In this document: positions 27,891 through 37,858 of the stretch, piece by piece | Layout of the letters: every line of letters begins with the position of its first letter | Position numbering within the stretch: position 1 is the first letter of the stretch | DNA from: Trichodelitschia bisporula | Taxonomy: Eukaryota | Direction of reading: 5' to 3' | DNA: 64,000 nt | Assembly: GCA_010356995.1 (NCBI GenBank) | Contig: ML996704.1 | Coordinates: 496,001 to 560,000, forward strand | The notes under the pieces: generated by a model | Seen by the model: the letters and a program-made list of their open reading frames with translations, nothing else | Told to the model about the DNA's origin: nothing | The model's database searches: none | Made by a program: the position numbers and the translations under genes

Positions 27891-30856
27891 TTAATTCCCA
27901 AACTCGACCTCGTCAAGGCTGTTGATAATGGACAGCTCCTGGCGGTCCGCCTCCGTCAGCGGAGCATTCCCCGGCCTGTCGACAACAAGCGCCTGCATGC
28001 CGGCCTCGAGCGCAGCGCGGATTTCTAGGCAGCGTTAGGGATCCCAAACGACACAGACACAACTTGATCTCTCACCGTTGACATTATCACTGAGGAACAG
28101 CACCTCAGCAGACTTAACCCCAAGCTCGCCCGCAATCCTCATATAGCTCTCCTTCACCATCTTCGGCCCCGCATTGACCGTATCATAGTTCGCCGCAAAC
28201 AGCGGATTCAAATCCCCGGCCCCCTCCACATACCCGAAGAACAATTTCTGCGCCTCGACGCTGCCGGAGCTAAAAATAATGAGCCGCTTGGAGGCCGCCT
28301 TCCATATCTGAAGCTTGGGGACGACGTCGTCGAAGAGCGGCGTGCGGACGGCGCCGGTTTCGTACCCTGTGCGCCAGAGGTAGCCCTGGAGAGCCTTGAG
28401 GGCGGGGTCTTTGACGTCCGAGGCGGAGAGGATCGTGATGTAGTCTACTAGCGTGGAAGGCGAGCTTCTCACCGACGGTGGGAACTTGGTCAAGTACGGT
28501 AAGAGGGCGGGGTGGTCCCATTGCGCGGTGAGGATTTGTGGGGCGTGGGTTAGGGCGTAGGGATACTGGGGTTCGTTAGTATGATTAATTCCAGGGGAGA
28601 CTGAAAGAGGAAGGTGAAGAGAGAGATGCTATGCGATGATTGAACTTGCGATGAAGAGGGAAGGCGATCGTGCGATATCCTGAGTGAAATGATCTGGAAC
28701 GATGTGCAAATAGATAGGGGATGTTCTCGAGGGAATCGAGGGAATTGTCTCGCGAAGCATCAAGCGAAGCAACGATGGACACGATCACGATAGCCAAAAG
28801 CAATCGCAACCCCGCAATCATCCCCTCTCCAGAATCAACTTAGCAATGGCAGAATTCTACCGTACGGTAAAAGCAAACAGCGCCAATTCCTGGGGTAGAA
28901 GATGAACAGTTTCACGTCCATGTCGGGCTAAGCCAACACTAGGAGGCATCTCACGACGGGTGAGGGGATCTCCCTGGACGCCGTCTGGGACTCCAATAAC
29001 TCACGCGACACAGGAACAAGACAAGCAGCACACCCCACCAAGCCACTATCACAACAGCAGCGGGGTCTCATGACAGCCCCAGGAAATTGTGAACTCCCGA
29101 GAGCTGGAAACGTCGGTTCTCGAAAGGTTCACAGCTGGGCTGGTGAACAGGGTGGTTGCGTGGATTCGGGATCAATCACACTGCACAGCGGCGCGCGAAA
29201 CACGGCAGTTGGCTAGAGCGTCCATTCGGATGGAATCGCGCCAGTGAGGACAACGCCTCACTTCCCCGGTGGCGAGGATCACTGCACACGTGGAGGTTGT
29301 GCTACCGTCCCGTTTGCGCTGCGGAGTGATGCGTGACCTGAGCCTGGGAAATTCGGGATACCGTAGGAAAGCATTTAGGTGGAAAGGCCGAGAATACGAA
29401 ATCGACCACGCTAACTTACCAGCACCTCTTTAACAAATGATATGGGACATATCGTTCCTTCTGCGGATCACCAGAGCAGTCAGCGCAGCTCAGGAAAAGA
29501 AAAGGTTACATCTCAGCAACGTCAACTCATCATCAACAACAGCGACCGTGATTGATGTCATCGGTCGATGACTGATGCTTCCAAAAGAAGCCCAGCAATA
29601 AACCTTAATCACCCCCACATGGCCCACCGCAAGGCAAACCACCAACCGGGCAATTTCGCATGACAAGCCCAAAGGCGCACCAGGCGTCAGGAACAAAGTC
29701 CGGATACGTAAACGAGGGCGCCTGTGACACACGCCTCTGCCCGCCACACACGCGGCTGCGCGCGAGATCTGGCGCTTGAAGGCTGAAGCACGGCCGAGAC
29801 AGACAATCTTGGGAGTGCGAGAGGCGCGCTTGGGGTTCTGAGAATCTGGCCTTCGGGACGCGCGATCGGCGCTTTCTCCGTTGAACGGACCAGCAGAAGC
29901 CCCGAGCACATCCCGACAGCCGCCGGTCGAACACCGGAGCGTGAAAATGTGACCCGTGACGGCGACGTCTTGGAGACCCTGCCAAAGCCCGAAAGCCGAC
30001 AACCGCGTCCCGCCATCATTCCTCGTCTCGTCCTCGCCCTTCGGAGGAGCGCCTCCGGTTGCGTGGCCAGAGGCTAGACCCCACATTCCGCCGCGCTCCG
30101 CAGAAGCTCGTCGACGGTAGCGGCGGAATCGCAGAACTTGCCCGTTGCTGCGCCCGCGGCTGCCGTGAGAAAAGGGGATCACCCACGCGCGCGCACCACG
30201 CGCACCAACGCCGGGCGGCGCGCGAGACATGGCCGCGCAGCCTCGGCATCCGGGGCCAGCCTATCCCGGATCTAGGAGCGTGGCGCGTGAGCCCGGCTAC
30301 TTCGGAGTATCAGCCACGTATTGCGTCCCAAGGACAGCCTGACGTGCTGGGCGCAGAATGTACTGCGTAGAAGTGCTAAGTACGGACGGATGTACATGCC
30401 CGACGGAAGGTGACGAGTGCCGTGGGAATGTTTTGATGGTGACTGCCCTAACGACGGCGAGACGTGCGTGCTTGCTGCACGCTTTCTTGGGGGAGTCGCG
30501 GACTACCGGCCCTGGTAGACGCGCGCCGTCGCGGTGTGACTTCCACGGCAGAATGGCCAGCAGCAATTGCTCCGAGAGTCCGCACGCGGTGCAGTCTTGC
30601 GTGCGATCACGCCGTAGGAGAGCAGAGTGAAGTGGGGGAACGCCAATGGGGTCATGAAGCAGAAATATGGGGCGGAAAGAACATGCAAATGCGGGACCAG
30701 TTTCTTGCTTCTGTGCCGTGCTTGATGAGGAGACGCGCGGGGAAGCAACGAAGGGGGCCAACAAACAACGCGACATCAAGGAAGATTGTCGTGCACGCGG
30801 GACACAAACTAACCAATGTCTAACAAGACGGTTGAGACGCCGTGCAATGTCGGCAT
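27891..30856 (-). CDS. UTR4: Enolase-phosphatase E1 (HAD family, methionine salvage); exons 30856-30814, 29460-29420, 28565-28076, 28024-27891
   Basis: The spliced product is MPTLHGVSTVLLDI|EGTICPISFVKEVL|YPYAL...DVKDPALKALQGYLW..GY...IFSSGSVEAQKLFF...FLSDNVN|EIRAALEAGM...RPGNAPL. All junctions are GT-AG with matching phases (1, 0, 1). Confidence 0.92.
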
Positions 30857-33800
30857 GATGCTCGGATACCTGGCTTAAGGTATGTCTAAGATGGCCGAAT
30901 GAGCCGAAGCCTGTCCGCTGGGTAACGGCAGATGAGGAAAATCGCCGACGGGAACGAGTATCGAGGTTGGCTATCGAGGCTGTTTGGGAAAACTCTTCCG
31001 CAGAGCTGAATCGAATAAAGGCAAGCGGCGGTGAAGTTTTGCGACGTTGAACTTCGCGTTGACAGGTCGGAAGTCGTTGGCGATCGATGGAGAAAAAAAA
31101 GCCGATTGCATAATTTGTACGGAGCCCCTCCCGACACCACATCCTCACCACCCGAGCTAACACCACGGCCCGCAAGGCTGCTGGCGAATCCACACCGACA
31201 ACGTGGACACACCAGCTCATTTGCGGAAACGGAAAGTCGATTTTGGGTTGGTGAAGTCGCGAAGGAGCATTTTTATTCGTCCATCTTCGGGACCTCACCG
31301 CTCCCGACCCGTTGCTGGTCTGGACTCCTGATGGCAATTTCAACGTCCTGTTAGCATTAAGCTCCACTATCAAGGGCATGTCAACAATGAAGCTGAGCCA
31401 TAGCGATGAAGCCATCCAAAGCAATCAAGCTTTGAAGATTCTGCAATGTATATGCTGATACCTCCTGCGTTCGCGAAGATCCATAGGCGCGCGAAACATG
31501 ATATCCTCGATTGCGATACCGAGATGCATACTGAACTCGCCACCGAAAGCGTTGAGCTAATAATCTTTCAGATATTGGAACTGGTAGGCACACCGACAGC
31601 AAACTCGGCCCATGAACTCCTCCAGGATCATGTTCGTAGACTATCGGCGAGGCGCCGCTGTCAAAGATCGTCCAAAATGCCCGACAATGCGTGTAAGGAC
31701 AATTCTCCGAATCTCTGGGTCTAGTGGAAGCATGCAAAGTGGCTCGTGAGCATGCTCGCTGCTTCACCCGAAACCGGGATTGCCTCCGAAACGCGACTGT
31801 GCTGGCTAGTCTGCTTCAGATGTCGTCTTGGTTGAGGTTCACGGACCATGAGACGAGAATCTCCAAAAAGATCAAGCAAGCGAAAAACGGCGAGAATCCG
31901 TGGCAGTCCTCGCTCCGCAGGCTCCGAGCGCATCGGGTGGCTCCGCATCCCGCAGAGTCGTAACCCTCATCAGCGAGGTGCAGGAGGATGCAGAGAACTA
32001 ATGAAGATACTGTCAATTAGTTTCCAACTATGGCAGTTCAACACCCTCGCGGTCGTCGTCAGCGAATCCGCGACCCCAACGTGTACACCACCTTACATGA
32101 AAGACGGACCAGAAATTTACGCCTTGGCTTGAGTTGAGGGCGGCTCTGATTCGTCCATGGGCGCATCTCACCGCCTCTATCAGTCCAATATAGGCAACTA
32201 CTGAAGACTAATAACCTTAATGAGCACACCATTGACATCTGGGTTCGCGACGCTATCGTTATCACCGCGGGGCAAGCTTACTCTATGGGAATTCATCGTG
32301 GAGTCACGCCAATGCAACCTAACTCACACCGTGAGCGGCGGTCCGAAGTACAAAGGCCAATCTCACGGTCGACCTGTGGCGATGAGAGCAAAGTGGAGGA
32401 GCAGGTGTGTCAATGGACATGTGCGTATACCCGCGAGACGTACCGATGTACCAAGCACTCGAGGGTTATCACAGGTCGACTGCCCCGCCTTCATCTATTA
32501 GAGGAGACCCCGCCATCATCCCCGCCGAAGACCTCTGCCGCGTACGACGTTGAGAGAGACAGGCCACCTAAAGGGCCGGTCGAGCCCGGGATGCGGTTGC
32601 CTCTGTCATGCGGAGATACTCGCCACCATGGCCGTCCAATGGCCCGAATAGATCGTCCTCGTCTGCAAAGGGAACGCACATCTCTTCGCACTGGTCGACT
32701 TTTCGAATCTAAAGCGGCAAGGCCCAACAAAAGTAGTCGCGCGCCGAACCAAAGGCAACTGTGATGCGTGGGAAGCAGGGAATTCATCGAGATCGGTGAG
32801 GAGCAACAAGCCTCATGACCTCGCCGAGCCCGAGGGAAGCCAAAGACTCGTCGACATGAAAGCAGAAAATCCCAATTGAAGGGAGCTTCACGCTGCAAAG
32901 AGGCTGGCCACCAGTCGCGCTCCGTACAACCTGCAGTAGTCGCATGTCGCGGATGAAAAAGGGTGGCGAGTGCAGCGATTCAACGGTGCAGGGCATGGCC
33001 TGGTGGGTGGGCTGGGGATGAAGATGAGAGGACGGGTGCGATGCGATCAAGAGGCAGGGAGGAAAAAGCAAAGTGTTCCTCTTGGAAGAGCATCCTAACT
33101 TTGTCCTACTGACTTTTTCGACGCTGCGCTCTCGCTCTCTCCTAACCCCGCACATGCGGCCCTTCAGGCCAGCGCTTCAATCCCCAGACGATCCGGCGGA
33201 GACGCGCCGTGTGCGACGGCGAGCGGCGCATTAAATTATCTCACTGACCACGCCGCGCATCTCCAACCTCAGACGAAGCCTGGCGGCCCGCGCGGGCAGC
33301 CGCTGGGAGCCTGGATGCGCAGAAGCGCAGGGTCTGGGATGGTGGTTGGGCTGTGTTGTCGGTGGACAGACTTGGGATCCCGATAGCGCTCTTGTGGAAT
33401 GCCGTGCGAGGGCTGCAGCATCATTTCATCTATCTCGATTTTCAAGCGCTGCGAGCAACGGTGTTTATCCAGACCCGTAGAGGTTTCACGCCCAGCTACT
33501 GCGTCGCCTCCGAGCCAAACGGGCGCGGATGGGAAGGATTCACAGCCTTTTGACTTGTCCGCTCAGCACGCAATGCTCGAGGTTAGGTGGTGAGGTTGCG
33601 CAAGCAGTTTGGATGGTTATGGATGTCGAGTCTGCGGCATGTGGGGGGACGGAGGATGGTACGGTCCTACCTTGAGACGTTAGGGGGAGACGGCAAACTA
33701 TTCTTTGGGGTTTGGTGCTATCGTTCGGTTTCAAAAAATCTTCCTCTTTCCCGACTACTGAACTAGAAGTTTGTAGACGCGGTACAGTATGTACAAGCGC

Positions 33801-36800
33801 CGGAGAAGGCTACGGAGGGGAAGGTGAGAAGGCGGATATGCGCTCCTTTTCGCTGCATCATCAAGGGTCCCGCCAGAAGGATTGGCGGCAGGCGGACCGG
33901 ACGCCGCAAACACGGAAAATAGGTACGGCTGTCAGTGCCTCGCGGGTCACGGCAGCAAGCTGCATCGGCGTGCGCACGCATTTTCCCCACAAAGCGGGTG
34001 TACGCGCTTCGGTTCTCCGCAATTCGCAAAAGGGCGAAGAAGCAAAAAAGGCCGCTATCCTCATTTCTACCAGCATTTGACAAGGCCCCCCAAGCCACAC
34101 TGGGCTTAGAGGAAGCTGCGGAAGCAGGCCTTTCGATATCGCCGGCAGCTACAAGCGTCGCTGCTTGTCGCGAGTGGGCGAAGCGAGCCCCTGGCTAGGC
34201 CTGATCCTGGTCAGCTTGCTGTCCGGCTGGCAGGCACCCAGGCTCGCAGGTTTACAGGCTTTCGCAGTGGATGGAGGGAGCAAGCCCAGCGGCTGTACGC
34301 TATGGGAAAGTCTTGTCGTGACATCCCGAGGCAAAGCAAGTCGGCTGCCAGCGCTCGGCGATATGCAACAAAGACAAAGCAGTAGGAGGAAGGGCTGAAG
34401 CGCCACATCAGCAACCCTTGGATCCGGGATGGAGTAACGTGGACGGCGGACGAGGGAGTGTGAGGGGGAGGAAATGTTGGAGTGAAGCTGGAGTTGGTGA
34501 TAGGTGAAGACACGCAGCGCCGATGACCGCGTTGGGAGTATTCAGGCCAATGGCACACTGGACGACGACCAGGTTGCTGTCGAGACGGGCGCTCTTTTGC
34601 TGTCACAACACCCATCCCACCCTCGACGATTACGCCCGCTACGTACCCCGACGACTTGGTATGATCTCTTCACTCGCGCCAACCTTCCCTTGCGTCGGTC
34701 CGTCGCATCACTCCAAGCAAACCCAGGCGATGATTTGATCCTCGAGGTTCCAGAGTGACGGCGAAGCCGCGAGAAGGAGGGGGATGCTTGGCGGCAATTC
34801 GCAGGGCGCGTGCGGGGAAAACGGGACTCGGCATGGTCGTCTTTCGTCTCGTTGCCGGACAGAGAAAGAGAGTGAGTGAAGAATGCGGATAGGGAATTAG
34901 GATTCTCGCAGACTCTTTGTGAGACGGTGTCCTTTCCGGAACGACGTTTGCCTAGGCGACGCCCTAGGCGATAAGCACAAGATGGGGAAAGGATGGAAGT
35001 CGAGAGAAGCAGACAGATGAACCAGTGACGTTTCCGGCAATCTGAGAAACGTCACAGAGGGCAAATCAGCTCTAATTATTCTAGGCGCCGATCCGCGTTA
35101 TTATTGTTATTCAGCGAGACCCTGTGGTCGAAAGGTCGTCTTCCGGGGCCACGGGATGCTCATGGCGGGCGGCTTCGTCGATCGCGTCTTCTTTCTGGTT
35201 CGGCTCTGCGCTCATCTTTCATTAAATTTTGAGGCAGAGGGCGGCGGGCCGGGCGGGTTTCAGAAGCACGCGCGGGGATGTTTGTTAGGATGGAAAGGCC
35301 TTGCTTCGCTGGCATATGGTTTCATCATCCATCGCGATAACGTCAGGGCCTGGGATAATACGTGATAACGGTTGAACGGAGAGGGAAAGCTGTTGTACCG
35401 AGTACGCTGAGTACCCCGTGTACACAGTTACCTTCCGCGACAACAATTGTTTGCTAATAGCGCGTTGCTTTGCCACTGCATTCCGGTACCTGGGGCAACT
35501 GCCAGGTACAACAACGAACAACGCCCCCTTGGCTCGCAGCTTCGCTGGTCACGTCGCGTGGGTGGCGTGTATCGTGACTGTTCTCCACATCTCCACATCT
35601 CCGCAGCGAGTGATGGGCATGTGCGTGTGCGACGGGGCAACGGCAGAACTCCGAGAGAGAGAGGGGCGAGAGAAGGGAAGGGCCAGACCTGGGGAAAGGG
35701 CTGTCGTGGATGACGAGAGGTGAGGCTCGTTCTCCATTGTTGCCGACAAGTCACCGGTTCATTAGCCTTGAGAGTTGTGGCCACGGGTCAACAGATGGAA
35801 CCGCTCTTTGACTCCCTCTTTTCGCGCCTTGTGAAGTTGATATCCACTTACAACTACTGGCAAGAAGTGTGAATCGACTCATTCTTTGGGTTCCCTTGGC
35901 TTCTGCGCAAGCCATGCCGTAATGGACTGTTCTTCGCTGTACTGTGTACTGTTCATACCAGAGTCCAATCATGACCCCCCGTCATCCCTTCCCCATGCAT
36001 AGCGTACTTCATCACCAGCCCATGGCGGACAAGAAAGATGGCTGAGCCTGCGCCTCGATAGGTCCAAACTTAGCGGAGGAAGAAGGAGGGTGGAGGGCGT
36101 TAGCTGAGGGTCAAGGGAATAACTCGGTGACTCCTTATGAATCCTCACCGCCCTGCAAGCGTGCGCAGAAAACTGGCCCAAAGGAAAGGCGCCAAGGGCA
36201 ACTGACCAAGCAGGGATGTTGTTCAGAGAGGGAAAAGGGCGCTTTCTCTCTTCCTTTACCCACGCCGCTGAGCCTTCTGCCCTTCCCCCCCCACTCCACT
36301 CCCCAGTATTCCCAAGGCGCTCTTTCTTCATATGCACTGGTCCTTGCCGCTCTCTCCCGCCTTCCCAGCTCGAAACCCTCTTACCTTTCGTCCTCACCCA
36401 AATTCATCTGATGACCTGATCGCCTCCCCCGCCCTCATCCCTCATCCCTCTTCTCTCTTTCCTCTACTCTTCTCTCTCTCCACCTCTAACGCCTCTCCCT
36501 AAATCGGTCCTCCACTGTTGCATTGTTTGTTGTGTTGCCTCGTCCGCAATCAGTTGCTGTACTCATCCTCTTCAATCCACTCCCTCCTTTATGACGACTC
36601 AATAACGCTCGCACCCGCCCTCTCGTTCCCCTCCCAGCAGCTGTTTCCCTGCATAGGCTTTGCGTGCCAACCACCCCCCTGCCTCGACGAGCATCACAAC
36701 AACAATAACAAGCAACGACCCGCAATCCTCTTTCATTACCCCCCCCCTCAATTCCCCCCACCTCACCTACCATCTGCACCGTTCGACCAGTTGGCTACAT

Positions 36801-37858
36801 CCTTCCACACTCCGCATCTATTCGCCTCCGACCTCACCACCTTTTTCCGTCTCATCGCCAGCAGCCGTTCATCCGCCTGACTCAACTCACCTCTCTTGAC
36901 ATTGATGTACAAGCAAGCCTTCTAGCCCTCCTTGCATCGTCGTCAATGTTTTGAGCGTCCTTGTACGGCTTACCTCTTGTCCGACCTCTCCTCCCTCATC
37001 ATCGGCGCCTATTTTCTCGATTCGCTAGCTCTCAAAGCCGGTCCTTTGATGCCTCTTACGACCAAGGCCATTGCCTCTGCCTCTGCCCGGAGCTAACGAT
37101 TTCGCCTATCTTTCCCCACCCCTCTCGAACCCCACTCCCCCACCTCGAGTCATCGCCTTGCTGTCACAAATCTCTGAGAGAATAGGTGCCTAGTCTCGCC
37201 ATCAGCAGCTCGGTCGATATCTTCTTACGCAACCCTCCTTCCTCCTTTTCTTGTCCAACTCCAGAGACCGCGACGCAATCGTTGTCCACGCTTTACGACT
37301 CTCCTTGTACCTTTTTACGCAGCGTCTCCGCAACTCTCAGGCCGTCGTCCACTTCACGACTCGTTCCGTTTCCCTTTTCTCAACACCCGCCGCTCGACCA
37401 TTTGGCCCAGCGGAATCTCGTGTCGAGATATCTACGACCTAATACCAGCAAATGAGCACAAATACACTTTCTCTAATAATTTCTTGTTGCTAGCCTTTTC
37501 AGCGGCTCGTCCTCACGGTCGACTTTCACCCGAGCCTCTTGTGAATACCTTTTTGATACCAACGATACTCTCTTGAGCGACACCGGAGTTTTGGCTTTCT
37601 TTGTTCTGCGGTTGTTGTCGGACCTGGAGTTTCCTCGACCTTCGTACATTTGACGAACCAATCCCTCGAGCTCTGCACGATCACCCTCTGTTTTACTACA
37701 ACTTTTCTTCGAGCCTCGCAACACAAAAAGTACGATAGACTGGTTGCTGTTTCATCCTCTGCTTCGCGGTTCCAACCGGTTCCGTTGTTTGCGTCCCGAG
37801 TGCCACGTCAGTCCCACCTCGACGGCACCCCGGCCACTTGCTCGTCGGTCCAGTTTCC

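Noticed and set aside
29345..29356. GGGAAATTCGG resembling the RNase P RNA CR-I motif
   Set aside because: It diverges immediately afterwards and no matching CR-V/P4 partner is visible.
29383..29394. TTCTCGGCCTTT (minus strand) matching the 5' region of U2 snRNA
   Set aside because: No downstream GTGTAGTA branch-recognition sequence or Sm site; likely chance.
30446..30452. CCCTAAC as a telomerase RNA template in UTR4 intron 1
   Set aside because: Only 7 nt, shorter than the ~1.5 repeats expected, and antisense to the host transcript.
28566..30813. Group I/II intron or TPP riboswitch identity for the UTR4 introns
   Set aside because: Boundaries are spliceosomal GT-AG with branch sites, and no group I R/S, group II domain V or complete TPP aptamer motifs were recognised by eye.
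30297..31424. 375-aa minus-strand ORF across UTR4 exon 1 and intron 1, and the 246-aa ORF at 29490-30230
   Set aside because: Arg/Ser/Ala-rich composition typical of GC-rich non-coding DNA, and not part of the spliced UTR4 frame.
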